Source: Octopus bimaculoides
Taxonomy: Eukaryota
Assembly (NCBI RefSeq): GCF_001194135.2
Contig: NC_068985.1
Location: forward strand, 111,024,838-111,068,910
DNA length: 44,073 bases
Reading direction: 5' to 3'
Every line of letters starts with the position of its first letter. Within the stretch, counting starts at the first letter, position 1. Of the stretch, positions 21,928 to 32,651 are shown piece after piece. Under the pieces are notes generated by a model that saw nothing but the letters and a program-made list of their open reading frames with translations, was not told the DNA's origin and ran no database searches. A program made the position numbers and the translations under genes.

Positions 21928-23449
21928 AATAATAATAATAATAATAATAACAACAACAACAACAACGACAATGATAATAATGCTGATGAACTTTGAGTTC
22001 ATCAGTATGAAGTTTGAGTCATTCGTCAAAAATTTTATTGATTTCTCTCTGAACCTTTGCTGTCACGCAATCATAAAGTAGCAAACTCATTTAATCCTTA
22101 ATAAAGGATTAATTAGATGCTTCTAGCTCCTTCTTTTGTCTCATTAATAGGGGGCAGTCCTTTGACATCACTCTAAATGACTATATTGTTGTCAAGTTCA
22201 TCAATATTGACTCTTCGCACTAATGGTTAGTTTGACTCCCTTCCCAGCACTTCCCCTGCTCTGTGCCGTGCAAAATATTTTCATCAGAGTATTATACGAT
22301 TTGATAATAACGTTAGCTTTTATTTCCTTTCGTCTTTCGTGTATGATCTTTCTTCATCATTTCGTATATGATCTTTCTTGCGTTCAGCCATTCGATTTCA
22401 TTCTCGTGTATTAAATGATTTAACACTACCAATGTCTAATGGCTACAAAACACTTGTATGTTCTCTAAGAATTATCGAAATGACACTGCTTTGCATCTGT
22501 ATATTATGAATACTCTTCACCAGATTTGATTTAAACTGAAGCCAAATTAGCAGATATTTTTCTCTTTGTTTGTTCATCAAGTTGCTTCACATAGTAAATC
22601 TTTTTATATCAAAATATTTCTTGGACTTCGAGACGCAGTTCAATAGGATTAGCAATTTTCAAAATTAGAATATTCATAAACGGTAGGAAATAACTCTTAT
22701 GATATTCCCACTCGGTCAGAAATGGCGGTTAACTACTATCCGATGGATCTATAGAAAAATGCGAAGGGGCTGAGCTTTTGGATCTAGTATTATTATTTGT
22801 CCTGTACAGCCCTCAAGAAGCGTGCATTTTCTTTAGCTATTGTCTGTACAGACAGGAAACAATATGACCGGCCACGCCAGTCATGAATAGATTTAGGAAC
22901 AACCTAATATGAATCTTCAAAGAGTTTTGCTTAAACGTAATTAACACCATTATCGTAATCAAAGTCAACTTCTTGGACATTAGATCCCCAAGAGAAGCAG
23001 ATACAACTCCTTTATAAGGCTTAATCACGACAACGTATATTTCTATAGGAACTCCTCCAGTTATGATTAAAGTTTAGTATTGGGCATTAGTTGAACTACC
23101 TTCGATTTCTCCTCAGGCTGAAATATTTTCGTCAGAGTTTAACCACATTACAGTGAGGTGTTAGCGATGAGTGGTTTCAGTAAGAAGTGAACGTGCGTGG
23201 AGATTCCCTCAGCCCAACCCTGTTGAGAGGGAGAATAAAATAATCTGATTTAAATGTCTGCTCCAACAAGATATCTCTACAAGAGCTTTTAATCCTAAAT
23301 CAATCACCACTTCCACACACACACAAAAATGCAACGATGTTTTTAACGTACATAATGTTAAAGTTAATTTACTCTTGTCTAGACAACATCTTTTCCAATA
23401 TATTGCTTTATTACGAAAATTCATATTCTCATGCAGGCTTCACACCAAA

Positions 23450-24602
23450 AGCTCACTTGCAATTCTTGATATCTATCGGCCCACTGAGAGGATTTTGCCT
23501 CTCCAACGACTCTCGCCCCAGTTAATAATATCTTAAAGAATTAAGTTGGACTTGAAATTACTAAAATGACGGGAAAGCTTATGTACTCAACATAAGCATT
23601 CTTTCAAGCCTAGGAACAAGGACACTCCACCCTCTAGTCTATTTTATTAGAGGCTACGGGATTTGTTCAGTATAACCTTAGATATTATAGAACGTATCTC
23701 TTCTTACTCTCTTCCTTAACTATTTCGAGCTTTCATCTAAAGACATATTATTGACAGGACTTTCCATCGAAACGATTTTCATAGAATTAATTTTGGAAAA
23801 ATAGCATCTTGTAAGATAATGATGAATGTTGGATAATTTTAATATTACAGATAAAAATTTAAGGCGGCGAGCTGGCAGATTCGTTAGCTCACCATTCGAA
23901 AGTGATTTGCAGCATTTCGTCCCAGTTTACGTTCTGAGTTCAAATTCAGCCGAGGTCGGCTTTGCTTTTCATCCTTTCGGGGTCGATAAAATGATTTCCA
24001 GTTGAGCACCGTGGTCGATGTAATTGACTTACTCCCTTCCACAAAATTTCTGGCCTTCAGCCAAAATTTGAAACCAATATTTCTGATAAAATTTAAGCTT
24101 CGGTTTTTCTGACACGAGCTGCTGTGTGAAAACCTGAAGCATTTATTGGGTGGTACTTTAAGCGACGAAGATGAATATTTGCTTGAAGCGTTCATAAATT
24201 ATTTTGTAATTGCGTGGATTGCGTTAGTTCGACGTGGAACACGTCGATAACCAGCATAACTAATATAATGCTAGAATGTATATGTGCATATGAACGTGTG
24301 CAAAATGAATTTCCATGTATCAATCACCACACTGAAGGTTGGCACAAGGAATATATAGCAAAGGTGTTGCAATTATTCATCCTACATTACGTACACTTGC
24401 GAAAAAAACAAACGGAAGTAACGCAAGCAAAATGCAAATGAGGTATTTATCGAGCCACGCACAGGCTGGTGGTATTGATAGCCTACTGAGAGAAAGATAT
24501 TACAATGCAGGGAACGAACGACTAAAGAACATTTTAACTGGACATCATGCTGGCAATTATCAAATAATTAATTATCTGCTATCTGTAGCACATAATTTAT
24601 GA
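23450..24602 (+). mobile_element. Mutator-like (MULE) transposase remnant, heavily decayed, interrupted by a SINE
   Basis: C-terminal half: EAFINYFVIAWI (24185-24220), *NVY..YERVQNEFPCINHHTEGWH (EGWH 24334-24345), HPTLRTLAKK, and terminal INYLLSVAHNL* (to 24602). This order resembles the MULE pattern YFE.TWIG...WNVY.R.....RTNN..EGWH...HP....YL..IAHN. Weaker upstream matches: PLVYF (23631), YFELSSK (23721). The 5' boundary is uncertain. Confidence 0.65.
23863..24082 (+). mobile_element. SINE family A (older subfamily) inserted in the MULE remnant
   Basis: ggcggcgagctggcagattcgttagc...gagttcaaattcagccgaggtcggctttgcttttcatcctttcggggtcgataaaatg...aaatttctggcctt. Confidence 0.88.
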
Positions 24603-24867
24603 ATCTAGTAATAACTAGACATTTTTGAAGTTCTACGACTGCAATATAATATTAATTTTTAGATGGAAATTGTATTTTTCAAAATTTTATATTTAAAATT
24701 ACTCTAAAAGGTAATATATTTATTAAATTATGAACTGTGTCGCTTAGATAAAAGACTGTTTCGATAAAATGTCCTGTCACTAAATGTATACATTGGTGCA
24801 CATGGTTTACAGCATGGAGTTCGAATCCTGCGGGCGATATTACATTTCCCGTTTTCTTATATAATAT

Positions 24868-25000
24868 ATATATATGTATTTATATATATGTATGCATACA
24901 TACGTATGTCGTATTTATATATATTATGCATACATATCTATGTCATATTTATATATATGTATGCATATATATGTATGTCGTATTTATATATATGTATGTA
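24868..25000. repeat. Minisatellite of about 30-35 bp built from TA/TATG units
   Basis: Recurrent gtatttatatatatgtatgcata...tatgtc units, about 4 copies. Confidence 0.65.
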
Positions 25001-25002
25001 TA

Positions 25003-25150
25003 AGCACATGGGTAGTTAAAAATCTGGCTTTACAACCACGTGATTTCGGCTTCAATCCCACTGTGTTGCACGTTGTACAACTGCACCGTTGTACAAGTGT
25101 CTTCTACTAAAACTAGACAGATCAATGGATTGTGAGCGAATTTGGTATAT
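25003..25150 (+). mobile_element. SINE family B head half, degenerate
   Basis: ...caaccacgtgatttcggcttcaatcccactgtgttgcac...caagtgtcttctacta...ttgtgagcgaatttggta matches the head at 30666 and 34593. Confidence 0.65.
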
Positions 25151-25470
25151 TTTATGCTTAGCATGTACATATCTTTTAAAGAATTATTTCAAAGCATGAA
25201 TAAATTGCATTGTCAACATATGCAATGAGAATTAGATATATGTCTACACACAGTACTTCAATATAAGATATATGGATTAACTAAGCTCGTATTAGAATGT
25301 ATTTGTTGTCAGTAAAAGTATAAGCTAGACGGGAAATGTGAAAACGTGTCAGATGAACTGCACTCTCTGTAATCCGAGGACTCCACTTTATCCTATGTTA
25401 TGTAACGCTAACTGTAACTTAGGTCTTCGTATCTGTGCGGTCCATAGGCATTCATTACTGTCTTTATTAA

Positions 25471-25653
25471 GGTGGAGAGCTGGCATAACCGTCAGTATGT
25501 CAGACAAAATGCTTAGTGGCATTTTTTTCGGCTCTATACTTTCTGATGACAGCACGCCGAGGTCGACTTTGCCGTTTATCGCTTTGGAGTCGATAAAATA
25601 AAATACCAGATACAATCAACTTGTCCCCTCCCCTCAAAATGTCAGGCATTGAG
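25471..25653 (+). mobile_element. SINE family A (older subfamily), internally deleted
   Basis: ggagagctggcataaccgtcag...gccgaggtcgactttgccgtttatcgctttggagtcgataaaataaataccag...caaaatgtcaggc. Confidence 0.75.
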
Positions 25654-25760
25654 TCCTGCAACGGACTGGCATCCCGTATATCGCAATGTTGTGATCTCTG
25701 TTACTTACTCACTATGGAAACCGGGAAATCGGTTATAAGGGTCTCTAGGGCTCAAGAAAA
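25654..25760 (+). mobile_element. Possible V-domain-like SINE 3' fragment
   Basis: cctgcaacggactggcatcccgt...ggaaaccgggaaa resembles the cctgcgatggactggc(a/g)tcc block of V-type SINEs (from memory, not searched). Confidence 0.4.
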
Positions 25761-26081
25761 ACAATAAAAAAGGAATCTGCGTTATTTTGCTAGAAAGTTA
25801 TGCTAGTGGTGTGGACAAATAGTTTGGATGCTTGTTTCACAATTATTATACCCATGTTCGATTTTACTGCGTGGTTCGATCACACAATAAACAAACTGCC
25901 TCCAACAGTTTCTGAACGATCCAAGCTTTGAAAGTGTAATTCCCTGAGCAGAAAACATCTGGACGCCGTTGGAGAGGTAGAGAATGGTTATATTGGCACT
26001 AGAAAGACCCAGCTTTGATACAGACACTGCAACATTGGTTCTGTCTTAGATTTAAGTGAATAATGGTCTCTGATTTAAACA

Positions 26082-26740
26082 AGACCTGCAATTTTGAGTA
26101 GGGGAGTAAGTCGATGCCATAGACCCCAGCACTTCACTAGCTCTATATTTTATCGACCGGGCAGATAGAAGGCAAAATAATAACGGTTTCGGATTTTAGG
26201 AGATGGAATTAGTCTATTGCATCAACCCTAGTGTCTGACTGGTACTTATTTTATCGATTCCAAAAGGATGAAAATCACAGTCGACCTTAACGCAGTTTGA
26301 ACTCAAAACGTAAAGAGCTAGAAGATATGTTGTAGTTGCATGATGTCAACCTTATGTGACAGTACTTTGAAGAGAATAATACTACTGTTGGTTAGACCTA
26401 GGAAGCTGCACCGCTTCCTGTCGGCCTTGACACATTTCTTGTGACCTTATGCTTACAAGGGGGAGACAAGCACCTCCACCCATCTCCTCCTTGTAAACAT
26501 AAGGACACAAGAAATGTGTCAAGGCCGAAAGGAAGCGGTGCAGCTTCCTAGGTCTAAGCAACAATAGTGTTATTCCCTTCAGGGGACTGTCACATTAAGT
26601 TGACAGCATACAACTACTTTATCGTATCACTACTGCATAAATCTCTCTGAGAGATTTAGAAATGTATTATTTCTAAATATAGAAGATATCTTGCTGACCA
26701 TTTTGTACCACACGGTAAGGATTCTGCCAACTCATCGCTT
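26082..26740 (-). mobile_element. SINE family A with duplicated core, split by a fold-back insertion
   Basis: Tail plus core at 26082-26180, second core at 26195-26328, and head (aagcgatgagttggcagaatcc on the minus strand) at 26680-26740 beyond the insertion. Confidence 0.65.
26332..26650. mobile_element. Fold-back element copy 1: 135-bp arms, 16-nt loop, plus an unpaired 3' extension
   Basis: Arm 26332-26466 versus 26483-26617 are near-perfect reverse complements (e.g. ctaggaagctgcaccgcttcct / aggaagcggtgcagcttcctag). Extension tttatcgtatcactactgcataaatctctctg is shared with copy 2. Confidence 0.85.
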
Positions 26741-26744
26741 ATGA

Positions 26745-26974
26745 TTATAATAATTTCGAATTTCAGCACAAGGCCAGCAATTTCGAGGTGAGAGTGAAGT
26801 CGATTACATCGACACCAATACTTGAGATCTTGATAGGTTCTTTGTTTTATCGACTTAGAAAGAACGAAAATCAAAGTTGAGCTCGGCAGAATTTCAACAC
26901 AGAATGTAAAGAGCCGGAACAAATGATACAAGTCTCTTTATCCGATGCGCCAACGATTCTGCCTAACCACGCCC
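26745..26974 (-). mobile_element. SINE family A (older subfamily), degenerate
   Basis: cacaaggccagcaatttc...aagtcgattacatcgac...ttttatcgac...caaagttgagctcggcagaatttcaacacagaatgtaaaga...gcgccaacgattctgcc. Confidence 0.75.
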
Positions 26975-27707
26975 TGATTGGAGTAAATAACGTGTTGCTG
27001 TAATTCTCAGTCTTTAAGATGGCAGTCTGATTGACTAAGTAAATGGAATTCTCCTCTTACAAACTAATATGAGATCACCACCTTCATAGCAGCAAAATTA
27101 ATTTACATTAACGCAGACGTATATTGTTATACAAAATTAATTAATTAATCAATTAATTATGTTAGTCGATAGGTTGCCGTGTGATTAGTATTATCTTTTC
27201 ATTTGATTTCCTGTCAGTGAGACATTATATAACAGTTGCAGTAACTGATATAAGTTACTTCTGTTTTAGTTGTTGCTGTTGTTGTTTTTGTTTAGGCCTA
27301 GCTTGAGTTTGTTTGAGCAAATCTATGATAAAAGGCTTTCCAGCCGTGACGATTTCGTGAATGTAATCCAAGATTGTAGACAGAGAAATTAGGAGTTTTA
27401 GTATGATATTAAACCACCAACACGAGTAGAAAATCTCTTTGGAACGAATATGGCTCTCAACTTTCTTTGGAAATAACAACTTAAAGACATTATAGAATTT
27501 TAGCAAACCTAGAGACAAGAAAAAGCATTTAATAAATTTGACACTATTACCATTGACAAAAGATTAACCAAAGCCGATGTGGATTATCCATGTGGCATCA
27601 CCAAATGATTCTAATGTTGCGTAGAATTGAGGTGAGAAGCTAAGGAATTAAAGTGGCTTTGCTCTTGACTAAAAAAAAATAAATAATAAAATCTTTATGG
27701 TAATTAA

Positions 27708-27920
27708 TTATTTCCACTATAGGCACAAGGCCTGAATTTTTTGTGGATGGAATTAATTAATTATATCGACCTCAGTGCTCAACTGGTACTATTTTTTTCA
27801 CCGACCTCAAGGATATGAAACGCAAAGTCGATCACCGCCGAATCTGAGAAATTAAAGCTGGAAGAGAAGGTGCTAAGACTTTTGTCCGGTGCGCTAACGA
27901 TTCTGCCAGCTCGCGGCCTT
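27708..27920 (-). mobile_element. SINE family A (older subfamily)
   Basis: ctataggcacaaggcctgaattt...atcgacctcagtgctcaactggtact...gcaaagtcga...gcgctaacgattctgccagctcgc. Confidence 0.8.
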
Positions 27921-28098
27921 CCTTGGAGTAATTAAGACGAGTGTCTTGCGTTCCAATTGCAAATTTGTGCGACACAAATCGTATACAACCACTTCTTTAA
28001 GATATTAACAGCGATCTTTTAATGATTAAGTAGAAGAAGGTTGTACAAAGTGAAGATTATAGAATCGGTTAATGTTTTTGGAGCATTTTCACACTGTA

Positions 28099-28226
28099 GA
28101 GGGTATCCACAAGGTCTGGGTACATGGAGTAAATAAAATCATAACATAGACAATTAAATATAAGAAATAATAATTTCTTAAAGTATGTGTTAATCCCCCA
28201 TGTACCCAGACTTTGTGGACACCCAG
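28099..28226. mobile_element. 128-bp MITE, 29-bp TIRs, TA target duplication (Tc1/mariner superfamily-type)
   Basis: TA|GAGGGTATCCACAAGGTCTGGGTACATGG ... CCATGTACCCAGACTTTGTGGACACCCAG|TA. The TIRs match at about 25 of 29 positions. Confidence 0.8.
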
Positions 28227-28242
28227 TATATATTATTTCCTT

Positions 28243-28422
28243 TTACTCTTTGGCGTGATTTGATCCTTGAACAGTGGCCATGCTGGAATCACCACCCTGT
28301 AGAGCTTTGTCTAAAAATCGATATCTTTGACCGAAGAGCCAATTTAAAGGGGAGGTAAACAAATCAATACTGGTTGTGAAGAGATACGAGATAAACACAA
28401 AGACGCCCGCGCACACACAGAG

Positions 28423-28459
<37 letters not shown>

Positions 28460-28620
28460 CACACACAAATACACAAATTAACACACACGTACACACACAG
28501 CCATGTATGTGTATGTGTGTGCGCTTGTATGTGTGTATGTAAATATACATTTATATGTATTTTATGAATTTATGCATGTATGTTTATATGTATATATGTA
28601 TGTATGTGTATATAAGTATG

Positions 28621-28713
<93 letters not shown>

Positions 28714-28720
28714 ATATATA

Positions 28721-28761
<41 letters not shown>

Positions 28762-28930
28762 GCATGTATGTATGTCTATATACGTATATAACAGGATACT
28801 ACAGTTTTCCTCTGGCAAATTCATTCAAAAGACATTGTTCGCTCTGAGGTATTATAATACAAGATCCTTGCCCACGTGACCGAATAATGGGAATGAACCC
28901 GAGACCCTATGGTTATGAACCTCGTTAACC
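28243..28930 (-). mobile_element. SINE family B, complete bipartite copy with an internal microsatellite of about 400 bp
   Basis: Degenerate head at 28797-28930 (cagttttcctctggcaaattcattcaaaag...ccttgcccacgtg...gggaatgaaccc), (TG/TA/CA)n at 28400-28790, and 3' half at 28243-28395 (ggccatgctggaatcacc, caatactggttg, gataaacacaaagac). Confidence 0.6.
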
Positions 28931-29225
28931 GTGAAGATTTTTATGCTTGTTTTCCGAGAAGTCACGTAATTCCGTTTTATGTAAGAAAGGAACATAATGA
29001 TTTATGTAAGAGACACGAAAATAATGATTTCTATCGGAACCACTCATTTTGGAGAAGGGCAACACTCAAATTATATCAAACCTCTGTACTTGACATAAGC
29101 CTATGGCATCGATTAATGAAGGATAAAAGCTGAAGTGTGAGATTGAAGCATTTGACCTTAACGTCTTCATTATAAATATAATGCGAAAAAGCTCACAATA
29201 AAGTTTACTCGACTATCAAGGAGTG

Positions 29226-29330
29226 ACTATCAAATATGGAAGCCGTTAAAAAGAAAAAGTCAACTGCGTTAAGTTAGTTGTGTTTCATTTCCTAGCTTCT
29301 GATATATACGCTCTCTATAGCCTGAAAAGC
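29226..29330 (+). repeat. Unclassified dispersed repeat, copy 1 (about 105 bp)
   Basis: actatcaaatatgg...aagttagttgtgtttcatttcctagcttctgatatatac matches 33182-33295. Confidence 0.6.
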
Positions 29331-29449
29331 TAAGTGGTTTCTCTGCACAATGCGTATACGATTTTAAAATATTCAGAGGTACATATCTCTACATGTATAT
29401 AGGTACGTATAAGTTGTACCTTGTCGAAAGATTACCTTCCATGTGTGTA

Positions 29450-29484
<35 letters not shown>

Positions 29485-30218
29485 NNNNNNNNNNNNNNNN
29501 NNNNNNNNNNNNNNNNNNNNNNNNNNNNNNNNNNNNNNNNNNNNNNNNNNNNNNNNNNNNNNNNNNNNNNNNNNNNNNNNNNNNNNNNNNNNNNNNNNNN
29601 NNNNNNNNNNNNNNNNNNNNNNNNNNNNNNNNNNNNNNNNNNNNNNNNNNNNNNNNNNNNNNNNNNNNNNNNNNNNNNNNNNNNNNNNNNNNNNNNNNNN
29701 NNNNNNNNNNNNNNNNNNNNNNNNNNNNNNNNNNNNNNNNNNNNNNNNNNNNNNNNNNNNNNNNNNNNNNNNNNNNNNNNNNNNNNNNNNNNNNNNNNNN
29801 NNNNNNNNNNNNNNNNNNNNNNNNNNNNNNNNNNNNNNNNNNNNNNNNNNNNNNNNNNNNNNNNNNNNNNNNNNNNNNNNNNNNNNNNNNNNNNNNNNNN
29901 NNNNNNNNNNNNNNNNNNNNNNNNNNNNNNNNNNNNNNNNNNNNNNNNNNNNNNNNNNNNNNNNNNNNNNNNNNNNNNNNNNNNNNNNNNNNNNNNNNNN
30001 NNNNNNNNNNNNNNNNNNNNNNNNNNNNNNNNNNNNNNNNNNNNNNNNNNNNNNNNNNNNNNNNNNNNNNNNNNNNNNNNNNNNNNNNNNNNNNNNNNNN
30101 NNNNNNNNNNNNNNNNNNNNNNNNNNNNNNNNNNNNNNNNNNNNNNNNNNNNNNNNNNNNNNNNNNNNNNNNNNNNNNNNNNNNNNNNNNNNNNNNNNNN
30201 NNNNNNNTATATATATAT

Positions 30219-30466
30219 AAAGTGGTGGTATGTTGTCAACGTAATGTGACAGTCCCATGAAAATGAAGAGTGCTACTGCTATTTAGCCCTAGGAAACACC
30301 GTTACCTGTTGGCCTTGACACATTTCCTGGAAATGTCTCAAACCCAACAGGAAACGATGTTTCCAAGGGCTAAATAACAGTAGCATTCTTCCCTTTCATG
30401 GGACTGTCACATTAAGTTGACAACAAGCCATCACTTTATCGTGCCACTACTGCATAAATCTCTCTG
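30219..30466. mobile_element. Fold-back element copy 2: 109-bp arms, 1-nt loop, same 3' extension ending CTCTCTG|TA
   Basis: Arms 30219-30327 and 30329-30437 centred on t30328. Homologous to 26332-26650 (gtcaac..atgtgacagt, ggccttgacacatttc) but lacking the centre. Extension atcgtgccactactgcataaatctctctg at 30438-30466. Confidence 0.85.
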
Positions 30467-30533
30467 TATATGTATATATGTATAGGTAGTGGGTAGTGAT
30501 TTCCTTCACTACTTCAGGGAGTGACGACCCTGC

Positions 30534-30614
<81 letters not shown>

Positions 30615-30665
30615 ATATATATATATATATATATTCATATATATATATGTATATGTATATACGTA

Positions 30666-30820
30666 GGTGCAGGCGTGGCTGTGTGGTAAGAAGTTTGCTT
30701 CCTAATCACATGGTTCCGGGTGCAGTCCAACTGCGTGGCACCTTGGGCCTTAACTTCAGTATGGCCAGAGCCTTGTGAGTGAATTTAGTAAACGGAAACT
30801 GAAAGAAGCCCGTTGTGTAT
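30666..30820 (+). mobile_element. SINE family B head half
   Basis: gcaggcgtggctgtgtggtaagaag (A-box-like)...ggttccgggtgcagtcc...ggcaccttgggc...gccttgtgagtgaatttagtaaacggaaactgaaagaagcccg. Confidence 0.85.
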
Positions 30821-30823
30821 CTA

Positions 30824-31941
30824 CAGAGACATGACAGAAGTAAACTGAAACCCTATAAAATATCGTTCTATGTTTATTCTAACTTGTAAAGGTTTATATA
30901 TTTTATTAATTGACATTTTTATGTTTCGGGTTCTATATATAACTGTTTAATCATGCCATGCGCGAATGAGACTTTGAAACTGTTTGAATTTCAAAGAGCT
31001 GTATTGTAGGGACATTCTGAAGGTGGACATAGCGTAAAATCTCAGAAGACTTTGGGATCCCGTTTTCTACAGTTAATAGAATAATTGTGCAACTCACCAG
31101 AGAGGGGAAGGAGTCCACATCACCTCACCCTGACCATCCAGGGCCCTATGACAGGACCCTTCTCTTTGCTAAGAGAAGTGTGGAGGATAATTCTCGTTGC
31201 AAGGCCTCTGACATAGCAGAACAAGTTGATGTCAGTCCTAGAACAGCTATCAAGTATCTTCACAAACTTGGTTACTATGGCAAAGCAGCAAGGAGGAAGT
31301 CACTTCTTCGATCAGCAAACATCAATCGGAACAAAGATTATGCAAGTGAAATGGTGGTGAGGCCACTAACATTTTGAGACACTCCCATATTCTCTGATGA
31401 GTCCAGATTTGCTGTATTTCCCGACAGTGGTCGCGTGTATGACAGGAGATTCTGTGATCAAAAATTTGATGTGAAAAGATTTCAGCCAAGAATGAAACAC
31501 GGCAGCTATTCTGAGATGGTCTGGGGAGCAATTTGGAGCAATGGTTAATGAGAGCTGGTAGAGTGTGAGAGAAGCATAAATTCAGGTAAATATGTGTCCA
31601 TATTGCAGACAAGACTCCTAATCTTCTCCAGTGGTGAAATGATTAAGGAAGACTCTTTATTTATGGAAGATGGGGCTCCTTGTCACACGGCTAAAATGAC
31701 TCAAGATTTGTTGGATGAGAATGACTTTAAAAAGCTTCCATGCCCAAGCCAGTCACCAGATATGAACCCAATTGAACACCTCTGGGACATAATGGACAGG
31801 CCACTTCATAAATAGAACTATAAAGCATCTTCAAAGTTAAATCTTTTGAGATTGAAACTTGGCAAGAAATTCTGCAAGAGAATATTCGTCATCTGATCAG
31901 TAATATGTCTAATAAGGTCCTTGTATTGAAAAATGCAAGAA
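30824..31941 (+). mobile_element. Tc1-like (DD34E) DNA transposon remnant, transposase pseudogene, 3' TIR missing
   Basis: Begins TA|CAGAGACATGACAGAAG. ATG at 30953 with a frameshifted N-terminus. One frame from 31087 reads HKLGYYGKAARRK, IFSDESRF (D1), VWGAI, FMEDGAPCHTAK (D2), SPDMNPIEHLW (E, 34 residues after D2), with in-frame stops. C-terminus WQEILQENIRHLISNM. Confidence 0.92.
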
Positions 31942-32373
31942 CGCGCGCGCGCGCGTGTATATATATACATGAATATCTTCTGTTAATGTATTAATTGTTT
32001 CTCATAGAAATTTTCCGTACAACATGAGTAAATGGCCATCCCAACACCCTTATAAAATAACTCGATAACCAACCAACCAACCAACCAACCAACCAACCAG
32101 CCAGGCACCCAACCAGCATGGTGTTCTGTGCGTAGCCGTTCGACTTATTATAAATTGAAGTGAGATCCTCCTCAAATCACACCTAACAACAATATCAGGA
32201 AATCCATATCGGATAATGCGGTTCTTAGAGGCATATTTTCTGCAAATGGAGGCAGGAGTGTAATGACAGGAATACCTTAGACTATAGGTAGGTTCGATTT
32301 ACGATGATCAATGTTTAATAACAATATCAATCAACCAGAGAGTTTGCTATACAGAAGAAAACACACACACACC

Positions 32374-32435
<62 letters not shown>

Positions 32436-32544
32436 CTTAATATATATATATATATATATTTATATTACATACACACACACACACACACGTGTAATCATGT
32501 ATGTATGTATTGATATATATATGTGTGTGTATGTGTGTGTGTGT

Positions 32545-32591
<47 letters not shown>

Positions 32592-32651
32592 GAAGTCATC
32601 TGATGAAAAGAAACGGTTGTGGGCCTATGTAGAAAAAATATATGAAACAAC

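Noticed and set aside
21981-22007. Perfect 10-bp hairpin ctgatgaact-ttg-agttcatcag
   Set aside because: Too short for a pre-miRNA or MITE and single copy. Similar small hairpins at about 1047-1073 and 15718-15740 were dismissed likewise.
27255-27518. 87-aa minus-strand ORF ending in poly-Q
   Set aside because: No recognisable domain, the Q-run comes from a (CAA)-type tract, and the length is within chance expectation.
31393-31415. CTGATGAGTCC hammerhead-like core
   Set aside because: It is the coding sequence of the Tc1 FSDES motif, with no downstream GAAA or stems.
32596-32622. catCTGATGAaaaGAAACGGTTgtg, a hammerhead-like string
   Set aside because: Stem II is absent (only aaa) and stem I is weak. 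It lies at the edge of the Penelope ORF remnant and may be coincidental.
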